Below are positions 18,407-27,560 of a stretch of 64,000 nt of DNA, piece after piece. The position numbers and the translations under genes are program-made. Each line of letters opens with the position of its first letter. Positions within the stretch are counted from its first letter, which is position 1. The notes under the pieces were generated by a model. The model was not told the origin of the DNA, did no database searches, and saw nothing but the letters and a program-made list of their open reading frames with translations. The stretch comes from Elusimicrobiota bacterium (GTDB lineage Bacteria; Elusimicrobiota; Elusimicrobia; F11): assembly GCA_044221725.1 (NCBI GenBank), contig JBGAON010000004.1, positions 32,001 through 96,000 of the forward strand, in the 5' to 3' direction.

Positions 18407-20836
18407 TTACGATTCGAATCCTTTCGTAATTCTATCGACCGCTTCTTCGGCCAGTCGCTTCAAGCGACCATCACGATCGCCGGTCATGAGCTTTTTGAGC
18501 ACCGGCACCGCGCGTTCATCGCCGACCTGCTGCAGCGCCCGCACTGCGGCAATTTGCACCAACAAGAATTTGTCGCCGGTGAGTTCCAACAAACGCTTCT
18601 GAACGTCGGTAATGCCGGGCTCGGTGGCGGCCAAACATCGGATCGCTGCCATGCGCAATTTTTGGTGATGGCCCGCGCGCGTGAAGCGGGTAAAAAGTGG
18701 AATCCATTTACGTGAGCGCGTGGCCGCAAGACCTTCGAGCGCCGCGGTTCGAATCACATCGTTCCACGAATCTTTTTCGAGCGCGTCCTGCAAAAACTTT
18801 TCGTGTTTGGGATGCAACAATGCTCCGAGAGCGCGCAACGCTTCTCCCTCAGCAAAATAACTGGCTTCTTTACGGTACCGCTTCTCGATTTCCAACGCCA
18901 CCGATTTGCTGTTGAACGATTTCACAGCGCTATAAATTGCACGCCGAACTTTTGGATGGGGCACCACATCCAAACAATGGATCAACACGAGCGCGGTATC
19001 TTCGCGCCCCATCGAGCCCAGCGCGCGCGCTGCTTCCGCCTGCACACCCCAGAATGAATCGGCCAAGAGCGCTTGGCGCAGTCCCGCCACGGCTTCCGCG
19101 CTTCCGGTTTTCGCGAGCGCTTGCGCCGCTTCGATGCGACCAACGGGATGTTCCGCTCGTTTCAATTGCAACAGCCACTGGCTTTCGGTTTTTGGAAAAT
19201 CGACTTTTTTCAAAATTGCGTACGTCGGATCGAACATGACGAGGTCCGGCTCCGCCGCCAATTTGAATTTGAACAGGTGCGACTTCTTTTCAATTCGAAC
19301 CGATTCTTTTTTGCTGTTGCTTCCAACAAAGAAAACAAACGATGTGTCGACGGTAAAAAGTCCAGTCTCGTTGTTTTGCGCGTGGGTTTGTGTCACCCGA
19401 AGGTTTATTTCTTTTTTGCCAGCGTCCCACCACGCTCGAAGCTTAAATTCCGGATGGCCGGCACCAAACACCCATTGATCAAAAAATCGACGCGGATTTT
19501 TTCCGGTCGTCTTCTCGATCGCGTTAATCAAATCCGCCGTTTCGACGGTGCGACCACGATTGTCGCGCACGTAGGTTTCAATCGATTGCTGAAACAATTC
19601 TTCGCCGAGCTGTTGGTGCAACATATGCAAAACAACGGACCCCTTCTCGTACAAGTGACGATCGAACAAATCGGTTGGGCGCTTGAAGACCTTGGTTACA
19701 ATGGGGCGCCGATAGTGTTCTTTGTCTTCCTGAAAATACGCTTGCGCGTTTCCGTACATGTGATAGAAAAATTCGTCGTTGCCTTTGTCGTGCCGCTTGA
19801 ACAGCGGATCGAAGTACGTAGCAAAGCTTTCGTTCAGCCACGCGTGCGACCAATCCTTGCACGTCAAATAATCCCCAAACCACTGATGCGCCAACTCATG
19901 GGCAACGAGCTCGTCGCTGGAATAATCCAAGCTGGACCGCTCGTCCAAAAGCGCGGCGTCGGTTTGCGTGGTGGCCGAAGTGTTTTCCATGCCACCATAG
20001 ATAAAGTCAGCGGCGGCCACTTGCGCGTACTTGGCGTACGGATAATTAACGCCGGTAAATTTTGAAAAGAACTCCATCATTTTCGGGGTTTTGCCAAACG
20101 CACGCCGCGTGTCCGCTTCGCGCCCTTTCTCGCAATAGTAATCGATCGGCACGTTTTTCCATTTGTCTTTTAGGTGGCGAAAGCGCCCCACCGCCAGTGT
20201 CACAAGATACGTCGCGTGCGGTATGTCTTGGCGCCAATGAAACGTGGCGGTCTTTTGTTTCCTGTTCGCTGTCGTGCGCAACAGCTTTCCGTTCGACACG
20301 GCGGTGAATCCATCGGGGACCGTCACAATCATTTCGGTGGTCGTGCGGTCGTTTGGAGCGTCGTGGCATGGAAACCAGTAGCGCGCGTATTCGTCTTCGC
20401 CCTGCGTCCATACTTGCGTGGGTTGATTCGGATAGAAACGGTTCGGCTTAATGAAATAGAGACCCATTGCCGGTTTGCGAACCGCATAATCGATCGTCAC
20501 ATCCACGGTCGTGCCCGCAGGAACCGGCTTTGCACTTCGAACCGCGATGGCGCCGTTCTTATAGGAAAAATGGGTTTTTGAACCGTTCCACAGCACCGAA
20601 ACAATTTTGAATCCGACCGCGTCAAATCGCATCTCGGAAGCTCCATTCGCAATGGCGCGCAACGTTGTAACGCAGCGGCCTCGCAACGTTTCGGAACCGA
20701 TGTTGAGACGCAGATCCAATCGTATGTGTTCGGTGTCGAAAGTTCGATCGGGAGCGTAATTGGGTTGAGATCCTTTCAGAGCAAAGCGTGCGTCAAAAAT
20801 TCCAGCGTGGGACCGACAGTAGGTTTGGTTTTCCAT
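18407..20836 (-). CDS. pepN: M1 family aminopeptidase with C-terminal HEAT repeats
   Basis: GGMEN, HELAHQWFG...WLNESFA, YEKGS; probable start ATG 20836. Confidence 0.92.
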   Translation of the reverse strand: MENQTYCRSHAGIFDARFALKGSQPNYAPDRTFDTEHIRLDLRLNIGSETLRGRCVTTLRAIANGASEMRFDAVGFKIVSVLWNGSKTHFSYKNGAIAVRSAKPVPAGTTVDVTIDYAVRKPAMGLYFIKPNRFYPNQPTQVWTQGEDEYARYWFPCHDAPNDRTTTEMIVTVPDGFTAVSNGKLLRTTANRKQKTATFHWRQDIPHATYLVTLAVGRFRHLKDKWKNVPIDYYCEKGREADTRRAFGKTPKMMEFFSKFTGVNYPYAKYAQVAAADFIYGGMENTSATTQTDAALLDERSSLDYSSDELVAHELAHQWFGDYLTCKDWSHAWLNESFATYFDPLFKRHDKGNDEFFYHMYGNAQAYFQEDKEHYRRPIVTKVFKRPTDLFDRHLYEKGSVVLHMLHQQLGEELFQQSIETYVRDNRGRTVETADLINAIEKTTGKNPRRFFDQWVFGAGHPEFKLRAWWDAGKKEINLRVTQTHAQNNETGLFTVDTSFVFFVGSNSKKESVRIEKKSHLFKFKLAAEPDLVMFDPTYAILKKVDFPKTESQWLLQLKRAEHPVGRIEAAQALAKTGSAEAVAGLRQALLADSFWGVQAEAARALGSMGREDTALVLIHCLDVVPHPKVRRAIYSAVKSFNSKSVALEIEKRYRKEASYFAEGEALRALGALLHPKHEKFLQDALEKDSWNDVIRTAALEGLAATRSRKWIPLFTRFTRAGHHQKLRMAAIRCLAATEPGITDVQKRLLELTGDKFLLVQIAAVRALQQVGDERAVPVLKKLMTGDRDGRLKRLAEEAVDRITKGFES

Positions 20837-20903
20837 GGAGCAGACTTTTATCAAATTTGCTCGTTGCAGAATGGGGGGCCACCCCCTACACTTAATTATT
20901 CCC

Positions 20904-21539
20904 ATGCGCAAAATCAACGTAATCTTGCTAACCGCGTTGCTCGGTTCCGCTCTTTCCATGGTTCATCCCGCCGACAAGTTGCGGCTTGGCGATATTCCTG
21001 ATGAGCAGGAAAAACGCGAACAACAAAAGAAGCGAAAGCAAAACAAAGAAGATCAAGACATGACACCCGAAGAGAAAAAACTTGTCGTCGATCAGTTGGC
21101 GAATGACGCTTACCGAAAAGGGGTGCTCGCGAAAAAAAATCATCACTGGATCGACGCCGAAAAATATTTCGAGAAAACATTGCTTCTTTCCCCAAATCAC
21201 CTGGCGGCCAAACAAAATCTGGAAACTGTCCGCCAAGCAATCGCTCAACAAAAAACCGCAGAGACACCGAAAGCGATGGCGGCACCCGCCGAACCGACGA
21301 CCAAAAAACCGAAAGCGATGCCAGCCGAAGGGCCAAAGCCTGCGCCAACCATTTCGTTGCCACCCGGAGAAGCCAAACAAAAAGCCGACGCACTGTACCG
21401 CGAAGCGCTCGAGTTAAATCGGAACGGCGATTATGAGCGCGCGTACACGGCGTGCCAAGAGGCGTTGAAGTACGACCCTTCGAATTTGCAGGCGCAGCGC
21501 ATGGCCGAACGTTTGTCCGCGCGCGTGAACCGACGATGA
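20904..21539 (+). CDS. Secreted TPR protein
   Basis: Signal peptide from ATG 20904; two TPR units separated by a Pro/Ala/Lys linker. Confidence 0.75.
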   Translation: MRKINVILLTALLGSALSMVHPADKLRLGDIPDEQEKREQQKKRKQNKEDQDMTPEEKKLVVDQLANDAYRKGVLAKKNHHWIDAEKYFEKTLLLSPNHLAAKQNLETVRQAIAQQKTAETPKAMAAPAEPTTKKPKAMPAEGPKPAPTISLPPGEAKQKADALYREALELNRNGDYERAYTACQEALKYDPSNLQAQRMAERLSARVNRR

Positions 21540-22690
21540 GTCAGAAGCGCACCATTGTTGTTGTGGATGACGAACCGAACCAAGCAAAGATGCTGGAAGA
21601 ATTTTTAACGACGAACGGCTATATCGTGGTCGTCGCAATGAATGGGCATCAAGCGCTTCAAACGGTGATGGACGTGCGACCGGACATGGTCCTGCTCGAT
21701 CTCATGTTGCCCGATATGAGCGGCGCCCACGTCTGTGCGCAATTGCGCGCGAGCTCGGCCACGCAACGCATCCCAATCATTCTTTGTACGGCACACAAAG
21801 TGACCGCGATTGAGAAGATTCAAGGCTTTCAGGCTGGCGCAGACGATTATCTGATTCGACCGTTCGATCTTTCCGAACTTCTCGCGCGCATGCAGGCCAT
21901 TTTTCGGCGATCCGTGTTTCAGCCAAAAGCCGAGACGTTGGCGAGCATCAATGCAATTGTTAACAAGGCTCCGGCCGAACTGACCGCACCTTCGCCCACC
22001 GAGAAAAAGCACTTGCCGCCGTTGCCTCGAATGCCCGCCCCGCTCGCGTCGACGTTATCCGCGCCGACCGCAACAAGTTCCATTCCGACCGCGCCCAACA
22101 TTTTATGCCGCGTGCGCGACGTGCTTAATCATCCGTGGCGAACATTCTCAGCGGTCGGTGAAACCGAGGATTTTCTTGTCGCGATTACGCTTGTGCTTGT
22201 GACGCCGGTGATCAACAGTTTTTCAAAACTCTTCGGCCAAGCGGGCAATTTCGACAACTGGATCGGCTTTTTCTCCCTCGGGGTTGTTGTTCACCTCATC
22301 ATGTGGTTTGGGGTGGGCGGTTTGCTGCACATGACTCTGCCTTTTCAAGGCATCAACGTGCCGATGAAAAAAGCGCTCACATTGGCAGGGCTCACGTGGG
22401 CGCCACGCTGCGTTGAAGCCGCCCTGGGCCTCGTCTATGTTTGCGTTGGAACCCTGCTGATGAGCGGTGAAACGGTGCGATTTTCATCGGGCCTCGACAT
22501 CTTGCCTGGGCTTCCTCCAACGGGATTTGTTTCTTTTCTTTCCCACATCGGTATTTTTGACGTCTGGTCCGTGGCGCTGACATTGATCGGCACGTGGGCT
22601 CTCAACCCCACCAACAAACGTCGGTGGAATTCCATAACGGTCATCATCCTTGTGTCATGTTTTCTGATCGGCATCTTGTCCAATTTTTAG
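21536..22690 (+). CDS. Response-regulator receiver domain fused to a Yip1-family membrane domain
   Basis: VVDDE, LLDLMLPDMSG, CTA, GADDYLIRPF; Pro-rich linker; VLNHPWRTF followed by about 5 TM helices. Confidence 0.8.
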   Translation: MSQKRTIVVVDDEPNQAKMLEEFLTTNGYIVVVAMNGHQALQTVMDVRPDMVLLDLMLPDMSGAHVCAQLRASSATQRIPIILCTAHKVTAIEKIQGFQAGADDYLIRPFDLSELLARMQAIFRRSVFQPKAETLASINAIVNKAPAELTAPSPTEKKHLPPLPRMPAPLASTLSAPTATSSIPTAPNILCRVRDVLNHPWRTFSAVGETEDFLVAITLVLVTPVINSFSKLFGQAGNFDNWIGFFSLGVVVHLIMWFGVGGLLHMTLPFQGINVPMKKALTLAGLTWAPRCVEAALGLVYVCVGTLLMSGETVRFSSGLDILPGLPPTGFVSFLSHIGIFDVWSVALTLIGTWALNPTNKRRWNSITVIILVSCFLIGILSNF

Positions 22691-24111
22691 CGGTCATTCT
22701 CATCGCGTGGCCAGCAAACGCGAAAGGGTCGCCCGAATCCATCGCTTTATCGCTCACGCAATTCACCAACATGGCGCTTAAGAACAGCCTGCGCAGCCGA
22801 ATCGCAGAAGAAAATTTGACATCGAACCGCTACAGTTGGATGGCATCGCGTCGTGGTCTAACGTGGCCAACGCTGAGCGCCTCGGCGTCCGAAAACAAAA
22901 CGTACAGCGATAATGATCTGGGCACAACCGAGGACACGCGCCAAACCGATGCGCGCTTTTCCTTCTCACAACCTTTTCTCACCGGCACAAACTTGTCTCT
23001 CGTTGGAGACTGGACGCGACTCCGAAGTGAAACCGACACGCTGGGCCTGATTACTCCTTCAAAAACAGTTTACAGTCCTGTGTGGACCGCCGGATTTACC
23101 CAGCCGATTTTTGTCTTCACCGGCAACGAAAGCCTGCGGTCGCGCCGAGAAGCAAATCTGTCCTGGGAAAATTCACAAGACACGTATTGGAAGGAGCGGC
23201 TCAGCATCGAATTTGATGCGCGCGTGCAGTACTACAACCTGCTCCTTCAGTCGGAAACGGCCAACGTTCAGAAAAAGAAACTGCAATCCTCGCAATTGGT
23301 AAACAACACAACGCGCGCCCTCGTGCACGCCGGCAAACTGGCCGAGGTCGAATTGGTTCGTGCGGATATTCGCGCGCGCAAAGACTCGCGTGCCATCCAA
23401 AACGCCGAAAATAATCTTGAGCAACAGATGAACAAAGCAAAGGATTTAATTTTTTTGCCTACGAATCAGACGATTCGCCTTGCGTCGTCCCTGAGCTACG
23501 AGCCATTCGCAATCCCACTCAATAAGCTGATTCGCGCCGCAAACGAGAACAATCCCGATTTACAAATCGCACGCCGACAAATGGAGTTGTCCGAAATTGA
23601 ATTGAAACGCGCCCGCGAACGCGACCATCCGCAAATTAACACAAGTGGCAAATACGCGCTCACGCGCGACCGCTCGCATACAAACGCGCCGCTCGACCCC
23701 TATGATTGGACATTATCGATTGGGATGGATTGGCCAATATTTGATGCGAGCCAAACGCAACTGCGAAAAAGACAGGCCGATATCACGTATCAAAATGCAA
23801 AACGCGCCTATGAAAATCAATTGCGACAATTGAATGTGGCGGTCGAAAACGCCTATTTGGAAATCAAGCGCGCGGAGGAACAGATTTCTGACTTCGGTCC
23901 ACAAAAAGAGAGCGCTGAGCGCAACGTGAACGCCATTCGGCTGCAATACCGAAATGGCCTCACCCGACTCACTGACGTGTTCGATGCCGAGAATCAAATG
24001 CTCGATTTGGATCTCGAATATCTTGGTTTGCTCGTAACCTTTAATACCGCGCGCGACGGGCTGAAGCCACTCGTTGGCGCAGACATTAATTCGCTGCAAC
24101 AAGGAAAATAA
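22657..24111 (+). CDS. TolC family outer-membrane channel
   Basis: Signal peptide, ANENNPDLQIA, DWPIFD, YRNGLTRLTDVFDAE; start uncertain. Confidence 0.88.
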   Translation: MFSDRHLVQFLAVILIAWPANAKGSPESIALSLTQFTNMALKNSLRSRIAEENLTSNRYSWMASRRGLTWPTLSASASENKTYSDNDLGTTEDTRQTDARFSFSQPFLTGTNLSLVGDWTRLRSETDTLGLITPSKTVYSPVWTAGFTQPIFVFTGNESLRSRREANLSWENSQDTYWKERLSIEFDARVQYYNLLLQSETANVQKKKLQSSQLVNNTTRALVHAGKLAEVELVRADIRARKDSRAIQNAENNLEQQMNKAKDLIFLPTNQTIRLASSLSYEPFAIPLNKLIRAANENNPDLQIARRQMELSEIELKRARERDHPQINTSGKYALTRDRSHTNAPLDPYDWTLSIGMDWPIFDASQTQLRKRQADITYQNAKRAYENQLRQLNVAVENAYLEIKRAEEQISDFGPQKESAERNVNAIRLQYRNGLTRLTDVFDAENQMLDLDLEYLGLLVTFNTARDGLKPLVGADINSLQQGK

Positions 24112-24114
24112 TCA

Positions 24115-25191
24115 ATGACGCCTCCAACGGGAATCTTTCGAATAACAAAAAGAGGGCTTGGGCTTTGTATCTTTGGTCCGTTGCTTTTGCTAACGCTTAA
24201 TTTTGTTCGCGATATTCGAGCCATCCACTCGAAATACGAGTGGGAAATGATTGATCGCACGCCGCTGCACAAAGGCGTTTCGACGCCCGGTGTGATGGAG
24301 GCTTTCCACGTCGTCGAAATAAAATCCGAAGTGGACGAAACCGTTGACAAGAAAATGGTGCAGGAAGGACAAGCGGTGAAAGCGGGCCAACCGCTCGTGC
24401 AGCTCACGCGGCAACGCACGCTTCTCGAATACGAACAAAAGAAAAACAGCCAGGCGAACGCGGACGCCGATTATCGCAAAGCGGTGCGAGAGCTGAAAAT
24501 ACAGAAAAAGTTGCTGAAAAACTTGGCCGTTTCACGACAGCAAGTGGAAGATGCCGAGCAAGCCGTGGAAAAAACAAAGGCCGCGTTGCAAATAACATCG
24601 CAAGAACTCGACCTCGCGCAGAAAAAAATCAATTCAACAATGGTCGTGTCGCCCATGAACGGCGTTGTGCTAAAGGACGAAACAAAACTTGGATCAAGCG
24701 TTTCGCCTGGGAAGGTAATGATCACGGTTGGAGACGTGTCGAAGTTTATTGTGCGAGCGAAGGTGGACGAGCTCGATATCCAGCAAATTGGTGTCGGACA
24801 GCCTGTGGAAATTCGCGCGGATGCGTTTCCGGGACATACGCTGAAAGGCGTCGTCACCGCGATCGCAACGCAAGCAGAACGCGAGGCGTTTGCAAAAATC
24901 GAAGTGCTGATTGATATCACGGACGCGGACGATCTTAAACTCAAGCACAATTTGTCTGTTCGTGTGAATATCGTGACCGAAAATATTCCGGCGAGTCTCA
25001 GCGTACCAATAAAAAGCATTTTGAAAAAAGATGGGGACGTTGCGTGGGTCACCATCAAAAACAAAATGGGGCTCGTGTTTCGCCGTCGCATTTCAATAGG
25101 AAAAACCGCTGGCGACCGCGTGCAGGTGCTTTCTGGAATTTCGGCGGGCGAGTCGGTTGGCTCGGGAAGAAGCATCGATAGGCCGCTATGA
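24115..25191 (+). CDS. MacA-like periplasmic adaptor (membrane fusion protein)
   Basis: VQEGQAVKAGQPL, VSPMNGVV, VDELDIQQIGVGQ, VQVLSGISAGE. Confidence 0.9.
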   Translation: MTPPTGIFRITKRGLGLCIFGPLLLLTLNFVRDIRAIHSKYEWEMIDRTPLHKGVSTPGVMEAFHVVEIKSEVDETVDKKMVQEGQAVKAGQPLVQLTRQRTLLEYEQKKNSQANADADYRKAVRELKIQKKLLKNLAVSRQQVEDAEQAVEKTKAALQITSQELDLAQKKINSTMVVSPMNGVVLKDETKLGSSVSPGKVMITVGDVSKFIVRAKVDELDIQQIGVGQPVEIRADAFPGHTLKGVVTAIATQAEREAFAKIEVLIDITDADDLKLKHNLSVRVNIVTENIPASLSVPIKSILKKDGDVAWVTIKNKMGLVFRRRISIGKTAGDRVQVLSGISAGESVGSGRSIDRPL

Positions 25192-25871
25192 CGCATTTGG
25201 CGTTCGATCTGAAAGGCGTCAGAAAAAAATACGCGCTCGGCGAAAGCGCGATCGAGATTTTACACGGTATCGATCTGGAAATTCCGGTCGGTCAATACGT
25301 GGCCATTATGGGACCATCGGGGTCGGGGAAATCGACACTGATGCAACTTCTCGGATGCCTTGACGTGCCCAGCGAAGGCAGCGTAAGCGTAATGGGCCAC
25401 GACACGTCGCTGCTGACGGATGACGAGATTTCATCTCTCCGTTGCCGCGTGCTGGGTTTTGTGTTTCAAGCGTTTCATTTGTTGCCGTCCTACGATGCTT
25501 TATCGAACGTTGCGCTTGCGATGACATACAGCCAGACCACGGCAACACGCGAACGCTCAGCGCAGTTGCTTGAGCACTTTGGTCTCGGACACCGAATGCA
25601 TCACCGCCCCCGCACGATGTCGGGCGGCGAACAACAGCGCGTCGCAATCTCGCGCGCTCTCGCAAACGATCCACCGATAATTCTCGCTGACGAACCAACC
25701 GGGGCCCTGGACCAAACAAACGGACGTCTAATCCTCGACGTGTTTGACGAGTTGCGAGATCTTGGAAAAACGGTCGTGCTTATCACGCACGATGCGGCCG
25801 TGGCGCAGCGTGCCGAGCGCGTGATCGAAATCGTCGACGGCATCATTTGTTCGGATGGGAAACCAGGTTGA
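25188..25871 (+). CDS. ABC transporter ATP-binding subunit (MacB/LolD type)
   Basis: GPSGSGKS, MSGGEQQRVAI, LADEPTGALD. Confidence 0.95.
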   Translation: MTHLAFDLKGVRKKYALGESAIEILHGIDLEIPVGQYVAIMGPSGSGKSTLMQLLGCLDVPSEGSVSVMGHDTSLLTDDEISSLRCRVLGFVFQAFHLLPSYDALSNVALAMTYSQTTATRERSAQLLEHFGLGHRMHHRPRTMSGGEQQRVAISRALANDPPIILADEPTGALDQTNGRLILDVFDELRDLGKTVVLITHDAAVAQRAERVIEIVDGIICSDGKPG

Positions 25872-27076
25872 TGGAGAAGATAAAAGAATCGGTTCACATC
25901 GCGGTGAACAATTTGTTCAGTAACGCGGTTCGGTCTTTTCTTTCCGTGCTCGGCGTCGTGATTGGAATCGCAGCGGTAATAACCGTGCTTTCCATTGGTG
26001 CGGGCGCCAAGAATCGCATCATGGAACAAATCAATTCGATGGGCGTGAACGTGTACACCGTAAACACGCGCTACGATGAAAAAACACAGCGCGTAGGAGA
26101 GCTTGAACTAAACGACGTGGAGCGCCTCGAGCAGTTATCGTTTGTACAGACCGCGTTACCGCAATTAAACCTGTACAAACAGATTCGTAGCCGGGAAACG
26201 GAAGCGCGAGGCATGATTATCGGCGTCGACGCAACATACGTTACGGCAAAAGGCGTTGCGATTGTCGAAGGCCGAAATTTTTCGCCGCTCGAGCTGGAAA
26301 CGCGCGCGTTGGTTTGCATGATCACCGAGTCGGCCGCGCAACAAATGTTTAGCAATCAAGACCCGATCGGCCAGAATATTTATATTGAAGGAAATCCCTG
26401 GCAAATTGTTGGAATTTACTCGAAAAAATTGCCTTCGAACCGCGCCGCGCTTCGGTTTCGCAACGATATCGAAGCGCTAATTCCGCTTTCTTCATTGATT
26501 CGGAACACAAAAGATCTGCTTATTCAAAGCATCGAGATTCATGTGAAACCGGACGCCGGGGAATCCGTAAAAGACGAAATCATTAAAATTATGGAACGAG
26601 ATGATCCCAAACGCAAAGACCTCTTCCAGGTGCGCGATCAGCGCGATTTTTACGCGCGTTCACTCGAAGTGCAAAATTCGCTTTCCCTCATTGGTGCGGT
26701 GGTGGCCGGCGTATCGCTTATCGTGGGAGGCATCGGCATGATGAATGTCATGCTCACGTCCGTTGCCGAGCGCACGCGTGAGATCGGGATTCGCCGCGCC
26801 GTGGGCGCACGCAAGAAAGATATCTTGTTTCAATTTCTCATCGAGGCCTGCGTGCTCAGTAGCGCCGGTGGAATTTTGGGGCTTTTGTTTGGAGCCGCGC
26901 TGGCCAGAGGGTTGCCAGTTATGTTTAAGGAGTTTTTTACTGTGGCGCCAAAAATGCAACCGAGTTTTCTTCTGCTGGCTGTGGGTGCGGGAATTTTAAT
27001 GGGAGTTATGTTTGGCTTTTATCCCGCGGTAAAAGCCTCGAAACTGTCTCCAGCCGAAGCACTGCGTACCGAATAG
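25871..27076 (+). CDS. ABC transporter permease (MacB/FtsX type)
   Basis: RSFLSVLGVVIGI, GGIGMMNVMLTSVAERTREIGIRRAVGA, PAEALR. Confidence 0.95.
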   Translation: MEKIKESVHIAVNNLFSNAVRSFLSVLGVVIGIAAVITVLSIGAGAKNRIMEQINSMGVNVYTVNTRYDEKTQRVGELELNDVERLEQLSFVQTALPQLNLYKQIRSRETEARGMIIGVDATYVTAKGVAIVEGRNFSPLELETRALVCMITESAAQQMFSNQDPIGQNIYIEGNPWQIVGIYSKKLPSNRAALRFRNDIEALIPLSSLIRNTKDLLIQSIEIHVKPDAGESVKDEIIKIMERDDPKRKDLFQVRDQRDFYARSLEVQNSLSLIGAVVAGVSLIVGGIGMMNVMLTSVAERTREIGIRRAVGARKKDILFQFLIEACVLSSAGGILGLLFGAALARGLPVMFKEFFTVAPKMQPSFLLLAVGAGILMGVMFGFYPAVKASKLSPAEALRTE

Positions 27077-27435
27077 CGTTCTTCCATGGCGAGAAGTTGC
27101 TGCTCCAGAAGAGAATCGAGCTTGGACCACTCCTTTGTGTAAAGGCCGTAGAGTTGTTCGCCCATAATCTCGCGGCGCCACATCACTTCGCATAAACAAA
27201 TCGATTCGTGATTCCGATAATAAACAATAATGCTGAGAAGGGTGCCGACCGGAACACGATAACCCACTTTTAAACGCATCCCTGTACGAGAAACGTCCAA
27301 TGCATCCCCTGAGATCACCGCTTCGAATTGGGAAATTTTGGGGTCGTCTCCCATATTTAAAAGGTCGACGTGAAATTGGCCTTCAAATCGCGGGTGTTCG
27401 CGTCGATCTTTGGGGTCCGTCGCTGCGGTGTCCAT
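27019..27435 (-). CDS. PilZ domain protein (c-di-GMP receptor)
   Basis: RREHPR (RxxxR) and DVSRTG (DxSxxG). Start reassigned to ATG 27435 (TACGCT-N6-ATG). Confidence 0.85.
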   Translation of the reverse strand: MDTAATDPKDRREHPRFEGQFHVDLLNMGDDPKISQFEAVISGDALDVSRTGMRLKVGYRVPVGTLLSIIVYYRNHESICLCEVMWRREIMGEQLYGLYTKEWSKLDSLLEQQLLAMEERYSVRSASAGDSFEAFTAG

Positions 27436-27441
27436 GGGATG

Positions 27442-27498
27442 AGCGTACCCTCTCACCCGTGACAAACCGATGACAAAAATGGGCAATCGGCGTGACAA
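27442..27498 (-). promoter_or_regulatory. Pho-box-like direct repeats plus -10 for the PilZ gene
   Basis: TTGTCAC (27498-27492), TTGTCAT (27476-27470) and TTGTCAC (27465-27459) in 11-bp phase, 11 nt before -10 TACGCT. Confidence 0.6.
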
Positions 27499-27560
27499 AT
27501 TCCCGCAATAAAATGATGGGGATCAAAACGAGCTGTTTTTTGCGCTGGAAACGCGGTAAA

